Source: Dendrobates tinctorius (lineage: Eukaryota). Taken from it: a stretch of DNA of 64,000 bases. Position numbers and translations under genes: made by a program. This document shows positions 23,844 through 39,400 of the stretch, one piece after another. The notes under the pieces were generated by a model that saw nothing but the letters and a program-made list of their open reading frames with translations, did no database searches and was not told where the DNA came from. Location: the NCBI RefSeq assembly GCF_039654945.1, contig NW_027361676.1, positions 45,570,001-45,634,000 on the forward strand, given 5' to 3'. Each line of letters starts with the position of its first letter. The stretch's first letter is position 1.

Positions 23844-25226
23844 TCACACTCTGTCATCCTGCCAGTGTACTCTGCCTTGAGGTGACATAAAGTATAGTGC
23901 AAAATTGTCCCTCATTACTGAAACCGTCACAGAACTTCTAGTGGTAATGTCATGGTAATCTTGCAAGGTGGTTTCTTCAGTGGTGTCCTCAATGGAAATG
24001 GGTTCCTTGCAGATAACAAAATTGTGGAGTACCACGCACGCTTTGATCACCTCGTCCACAGTTTCTGTCTTGAGGTTGATCGCAGTCAATAGGACCCACC
24101 ATTTGGCTGTCAGAATACCAAAGGTACATTCAACCATTCTTCTTGCTCTTGTGAGGCGGTAATTAAAAATGCATTTTGGTCTTGTCAATCCTCTGCTAGA
24201 GTACGGTTTCAAAAGGTGTTCTGACAGCTGGAAGGCTTCATACCCTACACAGACAAATGGCATAGGTGGACCAGATGTTTGCGGCAGCGGTCTAGGTGGT
24301 GGGAACTGGAAGGTGTTTCCATACAGTTTACGCCCCATGGCAGACAGTTTGAAAACTTGAGAGTCATTGGAGCAGCCATAGGCCCCAATATCAACCGCAA
24401 TAAATTTGTATTCCACGTCAGCGATGGCCATGAGGACAATTGAAAAATATTTCTTGTAATTTAAATATTCCGATCCCGATCCAGCTGGCTTTACAATGCG
24501 GATATGTTTCCCGTCCACAGCGCCCAAGCAGTTGGGAAACTGACATATCTGTTGAAACTTGTCAGCAATTTCAATCCACCTCTCTGTTGTGGGCTCTGGT
24601 AAAAACTCTTCAGCTAAGGAGTCCCACAGTGCACGCCATGTGTACTTCACAATTCCAGATATGGTGGAAATCCCAAGTCTGTACTGGAAATGCAGTGACG
24701 AAAGGGATTCTCCAGTTGCAAGAAATCTGTGGGGAATTAAAAAACAATAAATTAGTTTTAAATCACAGCATTACATACCAAAACTGAGCTATAACACTTG
24801 GAGATACAAACTACCACCAACAAGATTGCAGTGAAAGTGTGCTCTGATGCGATCACATCCAATAAATGTGGCTTACCTTAAAGTCACCATCAGACGCTCT
24901 GCGGGTGAAACAGAGAAGCGGCAATAGGTGTCCGCTTTTCTTATGAGGTGTGCAATGCGCTCCACCAAGTAATCAAAATTCTCCATTTTCATCCTAACAT
25001 ATCCAAAAAATGTATCCGGGTTTCGTCGAAGGTCCATGCAGAGTGTAGAATAGACCCCACGCGTCATTCTCTTGGCTGTGATGGGGTGGATCCACAAACG
25101 TCGTCTACGATGCCTGATGCGCTGCTGTCTCGCTCTCTCCTTCTCCAGAACAATCACCCTCAAACGATTCGCCTCCGCTATAAAATCCGCCAAATTCTTC
25201 AAAATATTTCCAATGACAACATCCAT
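23844..25226 (-). CDS. Harbinger DDE transposase (HARBI1-like), 2 exons, 410 aa
   Basis: Exons 25226-24877 and 24726-23844 join via GT-AG to give LR|FLATGES. Motifs GAVDGKHI, YKKYFS, FNYRLTRARRMVECTFG and LHNF are present. GDEAF is altered to GYEAF. Confidence 0.92.
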
Positions 25227-25852
25227 CTTCGCCAGTAACTTGCTCTTCTCTCCAACCTGCACTTTCTCCTCTACAACCTGTCAAAGAAGGGCTGTAGGAA
25301 CATGCTATATATAGTTTTCCAGTAGCCAATCCCGTTCGGAAGGCCACAAGGGTCAATTTTAAAAACCGGATCCGGCGTAATCCGTTGAAAAACGGATAGA
25401 AAAACGGATGAACCGGATGAGACGGATCCGGTTTTGTCTGTCAAGAAAAAGACGGATCCGGCAGAAAACCGGATCCGTCACATCCGGTTTTACTAAACAT
25501 TTGCCGGATCCGGCGTTCCGGCACGACGCCGGATCGCGCCTGACGCCGAAAACCTGATGTGTGAAAGTAGCCTAATTTGGAGACAGCACAGAATATTATG
25601 GTGGGTTGAAGTAATGTACATAAGGCAGCAATAAATTAGGAATAGCATGATGATTTTTATAAATGTATTCATATAGCAATTTATGATTTTAATAAATGTC
25701 ACATAGCAAAATCTTTTCTTACTGTATATGTATATACAATGTGAATGTCTTCACACTCAGATTTTCTTGAAAGGAGCTACACATGATAATTGATGACTAT
25801 CATATCCAGATCTCAAACATTATTTTTTCAGTGAGGTGCTTTCAAAAGTATA

Positions 25853-26677
25853 CTGCATTTTTCAGGTTATAAGATGCACTTTTTTCCCAAAAATTTTGGG
25901 GGAAAATGGGGGTGCGTCTTAAAATGCGCATATACCTTACCGGTACTGTTGCTGCAGGCCACAGGCTGGGATGAGGGGATGTCTTGCGGTGCTGTGGGTG
26001 CCCAGCGGTGTTGCAGGGGAGTTTGGTGGTGCTGCAGGGGTGTCTGGTGCTGCTCCAGGTGTATCAGGTGCTGCAGGGGCACTGCCAACATTCCAATGCT
26101 CAGATGTCATCTCCCGAAATCATGCTGCTGAGATCTCCATCTGCGCATGCGCTGCAAACCCGTGGCGAGTTTCCTGGAGTCAACTGCATAGGAAACTATG
26201 GAACTGTGGGTTCTCTGGCCTTTCACAAAATTTCAGCAGAGCCCCCACAGCATCGGAGTTACCTGGAGCTGCACCGGGCACCCACAGCAGCATCGGACAC
26301 CCCCCAACAGCACTGGACACCCCTGCAGCAACACCCGCAGCAGCACTGGACACTCCCACAGTACCGCCGGACACCCCCTCAGCAGCAATGGACACCTGCA
26401 GCAGCACTGGACACCTGCAGCAGCACCGGACATCCGCAGCAGCGTGCTGCACATTGGAACACCCCCTCATCCCAGCCTGCAGCATCACCCCACTCCTGCC
26501 TCCTCCAGCAGTGAGCCTGGGACCCCGCTTCACTGCAGCCTCCACCCCCAGTTAGCAATAAGACACATGGATTATAAGAAGCACCACCATTTTATTTAAA
26601 AAAGTTTTCTTATTTTTCTCCTCAAAATTTGGGGTCCGTCTTTTAATCCGGAGCGTCTTATAATCCAAAAAATACAA
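25853..26677. mobile_element. Tc2/pogo-like MITE with internal minisatellite
   Basis: TA flanks. TIR ctgcatttttcaggttataagatgc / gcgtcttataatccaaaaaatac. Inverted arrays of cagcagcactggacacc. Confidence 0.7.
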
Positions 26678-26932
26678 TATATAGCTTTTATTGCAGTGAA
26701 AAAATCAACAAACCACCAAGGCAATTTCCAAGGTGTTCGATCAAATTAAGAATTATTTACATATGGACAAGTTGGAAAATACAAACAAAATGCATGCCAA
26801 AACTTTTTTATGAAAGCTATTTATGGTATTTGTAATTATTTAAACAGAGAAAGTGTACATGAGGCAGACTCCATTTCAGCATGCAAGATCATATATTTTA
26901 GTGGATATAGCAGGAAACTTGGGATAGCTTAA

Positions 26933-27862
26933 GGCTATGTGGCCACGTAGCGTTTTATTCCGGACACTAAAAACCGGACTCCTTCCCAGAAATCGTGTGG
27001 TTTTTTCAGCACGATTTTACCGCGATTATGATCGCGATTTTGCCGCGATTTTCGCGTGCGATATTCAAGCACTTTCCAAGCGATTTGAAGCATCGCTTGG
27101 AAAGTGATTGACAGGTTGGTCACACTCATCAAACATAGTGTTTGACAAGTGTGACCAGGTTTTTACTATTGAGGCCGCCTATGCGGCGTCAATAGTAAAA
27201 GATAAAATGTTAAAATGCTAAAAAAAAATAAAAAATTGGGGTATATTTACCTTCCGACGTCCTGCACTGCCATCCCGGGCCACAGCGTTCCCTGTAGTGC
27301 CTTGCGAGACCTGTGATGACGTTGGTCTCGCGTTGCTATAGAGATCTCGCGAGACCGCTAGAGTCACGCGAGACTACGTCAACACAGGACCTTGCCGCAA
27401 GGCATTACTGGGAGCGCTTAGGCCGGGAATGCAGCGCAGGACTTCGGAAGGTAAATATACCCCGATTTTTTATTTTTTATTCTTTTTACAGGGGTATGGT
27501 ACCCAGGGCCTGGAGGACAGTCTCCTCTCCTCCACACCGTGGGTACCATCCGCACATGAGACGCTTAACTTGCCGCATGGTGGGCATAGCCACATGCGGG
27601 AAGTAAGCAATTCTCATGCATTCCTATGGGTGCGGAATCGCGACAATTCTCTGCGATTCCGCACAAAAGAATGAGCATGCTGCGATTTTTTCCGCGATGC
27701 GATTCCGCTGCGGAAAAAAGCGCAGCATTAGCACAGCATGTGCGGAATGCCATAGGAATGCATGGGGGGCATTCTGTACACGATTTTTAAACATTTTCAC
27801 AGCGTTTTCGCGCCGAAAATCGCGGCAAAAACGCTTAAAAATCGCTACGTGGGCACACAGCC
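26933..27862. mobile_element. PIF/Harbinger-type MITE
   Basis: TAA TSD on both sides. TIR GGCTATGTGGCCACGTAGCG / CGCTACGTGGGCACACAGCC. Confidence 0.85.
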
Positions 27863-28373
27863 TAAATATAAGGACATTCCTTGAAATCTCAAGTATATGA
27901 GAGTGTTGACATGGTAACTTGAAGATCTCTTTACAACATGAATAAATGTTTCTTACATTATTTCACTACATTTTACAAGTTTTAAGATAATATGTTACGA
28001 TATAAGACTGTACTGCGGAAAATACTTTAAATACCTATAATGAGAATTGGGAAGGGGTCGTGGTGGTTTCTATTTTTTTTGTACTTTTAGCACTTCGGTG
28101 TATTGTGTGTCCATAAGATTAGATATTAAGGTTATTCCGAATATGAGATAATAATCTGTTCACTGTGTAAACATGATCCACTCTTGGGTGACATTTCAAA
28201 AATAATTCTATATATTCTTTTATAATCTATAATAATTTGTTTTCTAATTTATTTCTATGCTGAAACACTCAATTAGTTTAAACTTTTTTATGTGAACAAA
28301 AAAGATGTGCAATCAAGTAGAGTTTAAAGGCACAAAACATTTACATTATGCACAAGTGTTATGCAATTAAATA

Positions 28374-29986
28374 CAGTGGGTACGGAAAATATTCGGACCC
28401 CTTCAAATTTTTCACTCTTTATTTCATTGCAGCCATTTGATAAATTCAAAAAAAGTTCATTTTTTTCTCATTAATGTACACTCTGCACCCCATTTTGACA
28501 GAAAAAAGCAGAATTGTAGAAATTGTTTCAAATTTATTAATGAAGAAAAACTGAAATATCACATGGTCATAAGTGTTCAGACTCTTTTCCCAGACACCCA
28601 TATTTAAGTCACTTGCTGCCCATTTCCTTGTGATTCTCCTTGAGATGGTTCTACTTCTTCATTGAAATCCAGCAGTGTTTATTTAAACTGATAGGACTTG
28701 ATTTGTAAAGGCACACACCTGTCTATATAAGATCTCACAGCTCACAGTGCATGTCAGACCAAATGAGAATTATGAGGTCAAAGGAGCTCAGAGACTGAAC
28801 TGTGGCAAGGCACATATCTGGTCAAGATAACCAAAGAATTTCTGCAGTACTCAAGGTTCCTAAGATCACAGAGGCCTCCATAATCCTTAAAATGAAGAAG
28901 TTTGAGACCAACAGAAGTCTTCCTAGACCTGACCATCCAGCCAAGCTGAGCAATCATGGGAGAAGAGCCTTGGTGAGAGAGGTAAAGAAGAACTCCAAGA
29001 TCACTGTGGCTGAGCTCCACAGATGCAGTAGGGAGATGAGAGAAAGTTCCACAAAGTCAACTATCAATGCAGGCCTCCACGAGTCATGCCTTTATGGCAG
29101 AGTGGTCTGACGGAAGCCTCTCCTCAGTGCCAGACATCTGAAAACTCGCATAGAGTTTGCTAAAAAGCACATAAAGGACTCCAAGACTATGAGAAATAAG
29201 ATTCTCTGGTCTGATGAGATGAAGATAGAATTTTTTGGTGATAATTCTATGCGGTATGTGTGAAGAAAACCAGGCACTGCAGCCCAATACAATCCCAACA
29301 TTGAAGCGTGGTGGCAGCATCATGATATGGGTGTGCTTTTCAGCTGCAGGGACAGGTCGACTCGTTGTCATTGTAGGAAACATGAATGCGGCCAAGTACA
29401 TAGATATTCTGGAAGAAAGCCTCTTCCAGAGTGCTCTGGACCTCAGACTTGGCCGAAGGTTCACCTTCCAACAAGGCAATAAACTTAAGCACACAGCTAA
29501 AATAACAAAGGAGTGGCTTCAGAACAACTTTGTGACCATTCTTGATTGGCCCAGTCAGAGCACTGACCTAAACCCAATTGATCATCTCGGGAGAGATTTG
29601 AAAACGGCTGTCCACCAACCTTCACCATCCAACCTGACGGAACTGGAGAGGATCTGCAAGAAAGAATAGCAGAGGATCCCCAAATCCAGGTGTGAAAAAC
29701 TTGTTGCATCATTTCCAAGAAGATTCATGGCTGCACTAGCTTAATAGGGTGCTTCTACGCAATACTGAGCAAAGGGTCTGAATAGTTATGACCATGTGAT
29801 ATTTCATTTTTTCTATTTTAATTAATTTGCAAAAATTTCCACATTTCTGTTTTTCTTCAGTCAAGAAGGGGTGCAGACTGTACAATAATGAGAAAAAAAC
29901 TTGAACTTTTTTGAATTTAGCAAATGACTACAACAAAACAATGAGTGAAAAATTTAAAGGGGTCTGAATACTTTCTGTGCCCACTG
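28374..29986 (+). mobile_element. Full-length Tc1 transposon with a pseudogenised transposase (~28772-29768)
   Basis: ~200-bp TIRs starting CAGTGGGTACGGAAAATATTC. Motifs WSDE, KRGGSIMIWVCF and WPSQSTDLNPI. Several stops and frameshifts. Confidence 0.92.
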
Positions 29987-30080
29987 GGTGAATTGATTAT
30001 CAGGGCTCGCTTCCATCAGCCAGGTCAGCAGTATCTGGTCACTAGATGAGATAAAAAATAAATATAGCGGCGCTAGTATA

Positions 30081-31714
<1,634 letters not shown>

Positions 31715-31832
31715 TATATAGGCTGTATCAGCTGCAAGTACCAAAAAACCCCTACCACAGTGGGGTAATATAAACACTGGAATAGACAAATAATATGTAC
31801 TCGTGCTATGACTCAGAAATAGAGAGGCATTA

Positions 31833-32095
31833 TTATTATTATTATTATGCATTTATATAGCGCCATTTATTCCATGGCGCTTTACATGTGAAAAGGGGAA
31901 ATATAGACAAGTATAATAAACATGAGTAAGACAAGGGACACACAAGTACATAAGTAGAGGGGACCCTGCCCACGAGGGCTCACAGTCTACAGGGATGGGT
32001 GAGGATACAGTAGGAGAGGATAGTGCAGGTCGGGCGGTGGTTCAGTAGACCGAGGATCATTGCAGGCTGTAGGCTTGTCGGAACAGGTGGGTCTT
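31833..32095 (-). mobile_element. L2 LINE 3' fragment
   Basis: (TAA)n tail and KTHLF on the minus strand. CATTA is duplicated at both sides. Homologous to 44590-44937. Confidence 0.75.
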
Positions 32096-33553
32096 CATTA
32101 CTGATCAATTTTTAATTACCTGTAGTGGTGTAGAGGAAATTTTTGTTCTAGACAAGACTAAAAAATGAGGGGACATAAATTTAGAGAGTAGATAGGACTT
32201 TTTTGCACCCATAAAAAATAAGAATATAAAAGGTATAATTAATAGTTAAGAAAGTGTCATATGCAATAATGGCAGTGATTTCAGTACCTTTCAGCTTGTG
32301 CAAATATGCAAGGAATAAATAGTAAGTAGTGCTGGTACTGAATTTTGTGCACAGAGACCTAAGAAGCCTAATACACAATTCGTGGCGATAGCACTTAATG
32401 GTGCCAGGGGTGTCTGGTGTGACCAATTGGCTCCCCTTGTACACCGTAGCTATCTGCTGGGCACCACATGACCCTCATTTTTTAGTTCGTCTAATTGAAC
32501 TTTTATCGGAGGATATATACCACATCTCGTCTAGAACAAAAATTTCCTCTACACCATCACAGGTATTTAAAAATTGATCAGTAATGCCTCTCTATGTCTG
32601 AATCATAGTGTGAGTAGATATTATTTGTCTATTCCATTGGTCACTAGATGAGAAGCTTGCAAAAATATCTTACCTCCCCAATGTCATGCGACGACTGTTG
32701 AGTAGCCAGACTGAATGTTACGTCATCTCATGCCACAATAGTGATGTCATGTCAGGCAGGCTAATCAAAAGCCTCACTCAGAATCCCAGAAAGCAAGAGA
32801 TTTGTGACCCTTCAGTCCAGCAGCTAGAAACTACTCACCTGGTTAATGGTCTGGAGTCTAGGAAATCGATCCGTTCATCTCTGAGCAGAATACTAAATAA
32901 AAAAATACTGCATAGTTCTAGACTTAGGTCTGTTTCAACCCTCAGATTTAATCTGATTTTATTACATCAAACATATAGCATTATAAGGTAAACAGTAATA
33001 GTGATGTTTCTGGTGTAATATATGGATGCTAAAATAATACCGAATGTCGACCAGACATTACCACAATAATCTGAGACTTTTCTATTGGGTTTTTCTAATT
33101 TTTTTCACTTTTTTTGATTTAGGATCAGAGCATAATCATGATATTTTCACCAATTTTATTGATTTTTTTTTACTGTTAAATGATATCACAATTTCTGTTG
33201 TATTTAGTTTTGCCGAATGGACAAAAGTCTACTTCAAATAATTTATTACAGTTGCGCATGTGAGCTCCTTCTGTGGTTTTTCTTTTGTATTAAAACATTT
33301 GTGAGACATAATACACTTTTTTATGGTCACTGACCCCTGCTCTGTTAAATATGTATGTGCATGAAACAAAAAAGAAGCAAAAGTTGCAAAAAAAATCAAA
33401 ATTGAGTTGTTGTAAAATACAGTGTTACCTTCCAATGGTCTATTTGTGAAGCTGGAAATGAAAATTTTCTATGGAAATTAAAAAAATGAAATATTTTTAT
33501 TGCAAAGACATAGGACTGCAATTATTTATGTGAATTTAAAACAACAATAAATG

Positions 33554-34490
33554 TGTTAGGTGTCGAGTTCCCGCCTCTGCACAGGGGGAATCTCAAGCCA
33601 TGTCCTCTGCGGTCTCCAATTCATTTGCAGCAGCAGAGGTTCCAGCTCAGCAGAGACGCCGGTTCCAGCATCTTGCTCAGGCTAATGCTATGCGTCTGGT
33701 TGCTGCTGCTGCCCCAGGTTCAGCTATAGCATCCAGCATTAGTCAGCGGCGAGCAGACGCCCCTGGGACTAAGTCCTGCTTTTCTCCATCTGAGCATGCC
33801 CGTGAGGCGACCGCTCATTGGTGGTCGGAGGTCACATGCTCAGGTCCTCGAGCAGCTCGGATTGGGCTATCAACAAGGTCCTGGAAGGCTGCAGTTATAA
33901 AAGGATCGCATGGCCGCATGCTAGTATAGACCATGTGGAGTGAGTATTGTATGCACGTATGAATGTCTCTGGTGAATGACTAATTATGAAACCCCTACCC
34001 TTGGCACGCATGTGTTGTTCAGCCTTGCCAGTTAATGCCTAGGTTGATAGTGCAGGTAGGAGGCAGAGTCAGGGACTAGTATCAGTGCCAAGTAGTGGCT
34101 TTGCCTGTACGCCACTGTGCACTTGGTCTGCACTCCAAGGTATCCAGCATCTATTAGTGGTGCTAGCAGGTGCGATGCTGCATGCTTAGTGGATCTAGAG
34201 GGACTCTAACCCTGTGTCTTTGGGGCAGAGTTCTGTGACTGTACACTAGCACTCACTTTGCCGAGCTCTGCGAGCTTTAACAGGCTACGGCATTTATATT
34301 CCGCGATAGTGCGCTTCTGTGAAGCAACAGAGTCTGCCTCTGTACACACCGGGTGATGTTAACCCATGTGTGTTCTTCTATTATACCACCAAATAGCGTC
34401 CAGCAGGTAACATTTCTGCACGGTGGACCCCGAGCTGCGAACGCCCCTTATTACTACCTTATTATTTGTTGCGTTCCACCAGCCCTAACA
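33554..34490 (+). mobile_element. Solo LTR, same family as 10230-11051
   Basis: TGTTA...TAACA termini. TATAAAA at ~33896. Shares gcacggtggaccccg and cgcatggccgc. No TSD seen. Confidence 0.75.
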
Positions 34491-34614
34491 GGGAAGAGAG
34501 GAGTGATGGCACACACATGAGAGCAGTTGTAATGTGAGCTAGATGTACAGTAGGTTTTCATGGCAAGTTTCAACAGCTGGTCACCCTAGAATTTAAACGT
34601 GAAAATACAAAAAC

Positions 34615-35022
34615 TTTTTCTAGTCTAGAAACAAGACGACTGAGAGGCGATCGAATAACCATGTACTGTATAAGTATATAAGGTGACAATACAAATATCT
34701 TTCCGAGGATCTGTTTATACCAAGGAAGGTGATCGTCACAAGGGGGCATTCTCTGCATCTGGAGGAGAGAAGGTTTTTCCACCAATATAGAAGAGGATTT
34801 TTTACTGTTAGGGCAGTGAAAATCTAGAATTCCTTGCTCGAGGAGGTGGTGATAGCGAACTTAGTCGAGGGTTTCAAGAGATGCCTGGATGTCTTCCTGG
34901 AGCGTAACAACGGTGTATCTTACAGTTATTAGTTTCTTTAGAAAGAAGTAGATCAGGAGATTTATTCTGACGGAATATAGGCTGAACTGGATGGACAAAT
35001 GTTTCTTGCTAACTATGTTACT
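34615..35022 (+). mobile_element. CR1 LINE 3' fragment
   Basis: SLETRRLRGDRI, GHSLHLEERRF and FFTVRAV motifs. 3' UTR gctgaactggatgga...aactatgttact. Confidence 0.85.
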
Positions 35023-35704
35023 AATATTTTTTTTTTAATTAGAAAGATCAATATTTTACATTTTTTCAATTGTTGAAAAAATGTTATGGTACCTTTCCTT
35101 TCTAGGAATTAAACTTTTCTTATGTAAAGGTGCTGGCTAGAGTTGAGCGAAACGGGTCGAAAAAATTCAAAAGTCCCCGACTTTTGGCAAAGTCGGGTTT
35201 CATGAAACGAAACCCGACCCTAGGATGAGGTCGGCCACGAGGTCGGCGACTTACGCGCCAAAGTCGCGTTTGAAAAGTTTGTTTTGCGCTCTTTTTCAGC
35301 CAATCAGGATCCACAGACACTGTGGGCAACGTGATGACATAGGCACGGGTCACCACCAACTTTCAGAAGGGCATGCAAGTGATTGGCTTGCTTTGGTGGG
35401 CGTCACAGGGGGTTTAAAAGGGCGTGCACGCCGACCGCCATCTTACTTCTGCCGATCTTAGTATAGGGAGAGGTTGCTGCTGATTCTGTAGGGAGAGCGT
35501 TAGGCAGGGAAGAAGACAAAAAAACTGCTTCTGCTGCTAGCGATTTGTCCTGCACAACACACAAGTCACTGTGTGTGCAGTGCAAGGGGAGGCTATATTG
35601 TGGTGTATCAGTGGTGTTGGTTGTTGGGCTGCCTTCTAAGGCTTCCTGACACGCTAGCATTGCTGTTTACCCACTGCTCTGCAAACTGCTTTTTTAAAAG
35701 CAAT

Positions 35705-36370
35705 CCAATCTCCATTATCCTCTCGTCACTTTGGTCACAGGCAGCTGTGCCATCGAGCGTGTCACATAGCGCTCAGATATCAGTGGGCCGCACACAATCC
35801 ACAAGTGTCCAGTGTCCAAAAGTGTACACAGAGATTCAAAATCTCCATTATCCTCTCGTCACTTTGGTCACAGGCAGCTGTGCCATCGAGCGTGTCACAT
35901 AGCGCTCAGATATCAGTGGGCCGCACACAATCCACAAGTGTCCAGTGTCCAAAAGTGTACGCAGAGATTCAAAATCTCCATTATCCTCTCGTCACTTTGG
36001 TCACAGGCAGCTGTGCCATCGAGCGTGTCACATAGCGCTCAGATATCAGTGGGCCGCACACAATCCACAAGTGTCCAGTGTCCAAAAGTGTACGCAGAGA
36101 TTCAAAATCTCCATTATCCTCTCGTCACTTTGGTCACAGGCAGCTGTGCCATGGAGCGTGTCACATAGCGCTCAGATATCAGTGGGCCGCACACAATCCA
36201 CAAGTGTCCACTTTCCACAAGTGTACGCAGAGATTCAAAATCTCCATTATCCTCTCGTCACTTTGGTCACAGGCAGCTGTGCCATCGAGCGTGTCACATA
36301 ACGCTCAGATATCAGTGGGCTGCACACAATCCACAAGTGTCCACTGTCCACAAGTGTGTGCAGAAATTCT
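35705..36370 (+). repeat. 133-bp tandem repeat, ~5 copies, upstream of the hAT ORF
   Basis: atctccattatcctctcgtcactttggtcacagg recurs every 133 bp. Confidence 0.95.
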
Positions 36371-36458
36371 AAAACTCCCCTGTCCTATAGACACCTTGTA
36401 CCTTGTTTTACATTACTACTATATAGTTTGTTGGATTTTGTCTACATTTCTACCAAAA

Positions 36459-39400
36459 ATGAGGAAGGCTGGTGGAAGAGGCCGTGGAATTGGGCGGGGG
36501 TTGGCAGCTGGTAATGATGGTGTTGGTGGTGGATCTGATGGTAGTGGCAAGAGCAAAATAGGACCAAATGCAGGAGGTGCTGACCCTGCGTCATCGTCTG
36601 TCTACATAAGGCCTCGAACGCTTAGTTTTCTAGGAGTTGGCAAACCGCTTTTAAAGGCAGAGCATCAGGAAAAAGTTTTGTCTTACATTGCTGACTCAGC
36701 CTCCAGCTCTATCGCCTCCTCTTCTTCAGTTGTAAAAAGTAAAAGCACTGAGTCGTCATTGGAGGCTCATGTTCATGAACCACACCTTTCCTTGTGTCCT
36801 TCACCCCAACCAAGATTGAAGGATGACGCAGGCCATACTACTGATTACTCCATGGAGCTGTTTTCACATACCATGCCTGGATTATCAAGTCAAATGGTGA
36901 ATTACCCAGGCCAAGATGAATCTGACATGGAGTGCACTGATGCACAGCCGCTGATGGATGATTCTGCTGGTACATTCACTCAGAGCACTACATTGTCCTC
37001 GCAGTGTACAGAGCCAGATTTTGACCCTGATGAGACTCAGGTGCCCCTTCCCGCACACTATACCACCATACACGGTGACAGAGAAAGGTGCACATGACAT
37101 AGAAGAGGAGGTGATGGATGACCCAGTTGTTGACCCAGATTGGCATCCATTGGGGAAGAGGGTGCTGCTTCCAATAGCTCAGATGAGGAGCATCCACAGC
37201 AGACATCGACATCGCAACAGCTGTTATCTGGCAGGCCCGGAGCACTCCAAAGACAGGTTCCAAACATCAAAAGAGTTGCTGGACAGCTTGTCCAGAGGGT
37301 CAAAAGATCACAGCGTGCTAGGCCACAAAATGTCTGCCAAAGTAGGAAGAGTGCAGTGTGGCAGTTTTTTGACCAAAATCCTCATGATCAGGCCAAGGTT
37401 ATCTGTAAGAAGTGCACAAAGACCTTTAGCCGAGGGAAAAATCTGAAAAATTTGAATACCAGTTGCATGCTTAGACATTTAACCAGCATGCACTTGCAAG
37501 CGTGGACACAACACCAAACCTCAAGTGCCACATGTGCAAGTGATCACAACGAAGGTAGTCAGCAACGCTACATTGTTTCCCCCACTGTATGCCCACCGGT
37601 TAGCACAGCAGCAAATGTTGAGGTGTCGTTGCAAGGCCACAGCAGTCAGGGAATCCCACTGTTATATCAACGAAAGACTGATTCTAGGCCATCAGAAAGA
37701 ACACCAACTCCATCACCATCATCAACCCTCTCTCAGTCCGCCCTGTCCACCGCTACTTCCACCATATGCAGCTCTCAAGTCCAGCTCACCCTCCCAGACA
37801 CTATGAGTAGGTCAAGAAAGTACTCAGTCTCTCATCCGCGTACACTGGGTTTGAACGCCCACATTGCCAAACTAATCTCGTTTGAGATGATGCCCTTTCG
37901 GTTGGTGGAAAGCACAGCTTTCCGCGAACTCATGGCCTATGCAGTACCACGCTATGACCTACCCAGTCGCCACTTCTTCTCTCGCAAAGCCATCCCAGCC
38001 CTCCACCATCATGTGAAAGACCGCATTGTCCATGCACTCAAGTAGTCAGTGAGCGGAAAGGTGCACCTCACAACTGATGCATGGTCCAGTCGGCATGGCC
38101 AGGGCCGTTACGTGTCCATCACTGCGCACTGGGTTAATGTGGTGGATGCAGGGTCCACAGGGGACAGCGGTGGTGGGACAGTGCTGCCTAGCCCACGGTC
38201 TAGGAAACAGTTGGCTGTAGGCGTTCGACCCTCCTCCTCCTCCTCCTCCTCCAGAAGCGACAGCTCGTCCACAGAGCGCAGTCGTACGAGCACTCCATCT
38301 GCAGCTGCCACTGTTGCACACGATGTGTCCCCCTATCGAGCAGCTAGTGGAAAGCATCAGCAGGCTGTGTTGCAGATGATGTGTTTGGGCGACAGACACA
38401 CCGCCGAGGTGCTGGCCGAGTACTTGAAGCGACAAACTGAGTCATGGCTGGGCAGTGTACATCTTGAGGCAGGCAAGGTAGTTAGTGATAACGGCCGTAA
38501 TTTTGTGGCAGCCATAGCCCTTTCAAAACTCAGCCACATACCTTGCTTGGCTCACCCCTTGAACCTGGTGGTGCAGTGCTTCCTCAAAAATTATCCGGAG
38601 ATAACAGCCCTGCTCCAGAAGGTGCGAAGACTGTGCGCGCACATCCGCCGGTCGCCTGTACACTCCGTTCGTATGCAGAAGCTGCAGCGATTGCTCCACC
38701 TTCCCAACCACCGCCTCATTATCGACATTGCAACAAGGTGGAACTCCACCCTGCACATGGTGGAGCGGCTGTGCGAGCAGAGGCAGGCCATAATGCATTT
38801 GTGGGAGGATACACGGCCAGGCACTTTGAGAGCAGACATGGAGTTGACAGGCGTGCAGTGGTCGAAGCTGAAAGACCTTTGTAAAGTCCTTAAGTGTTTT
38901 GAGGAATGCACATGGCTGGTAAGCGCAGACGACGCCATCCTAAGCATGAGCATCCCACTTATGCGTCTGCTCATGCAAACTTTGACGCACCTTAAGGAGC
39001 AGGCGTCTGCAGCCAATGTTGATGAGGAGGAAGAGGAGGAGGGAATCCTTGATGACATTCAGCCATTGTCTGCTCAGGGACCTCTCCTGGACGAGGTGGA
39101 GGAAGAAGAGGAGGAGGAGGAGGAGGATGATGGGGATGATTACTTAGGGGAGGAGGATGCATCTCGTGGGGCAAGTGAAAATGTTGGCGTGGCAAGGTCT
39201 GGTACAGGGTTTGTGCGTGACTGGAGGGATGTGGATTTGCCAGAAAGTGCTCCTCCACCCAGCACTCGCAGTGCATCATTGACACGGGGAACATTGGCCC
39301 ACATGTCAGATTATGCCTTGCAGATCCTAAAAAGGGACCCCCACATTGCCAAAATGATGAACGATGACGACTACTGGTTGGCCAGCATCCTGGATCCACG

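Larger units (their letters stand above)
20271..25572. mobile_element. Full-length PIF/Harbinger DNA transposon (5.3 kb)
   Basis: TTA/TAA flanks. Long TIR GGCCTCTTTCACACATCAGGTTTTCG / CGAAAACCTGATGTGTGAAAGTAGCC. Convergent Myb/MADF and DDE transposase genes. Confidence 0.95.

Noticed and set aside
25971-26599. Overlapping Ala/Pro/Gln-rich ORFs on both strands
   Set aside because: Stop-poor minisatellite inside a MITE.
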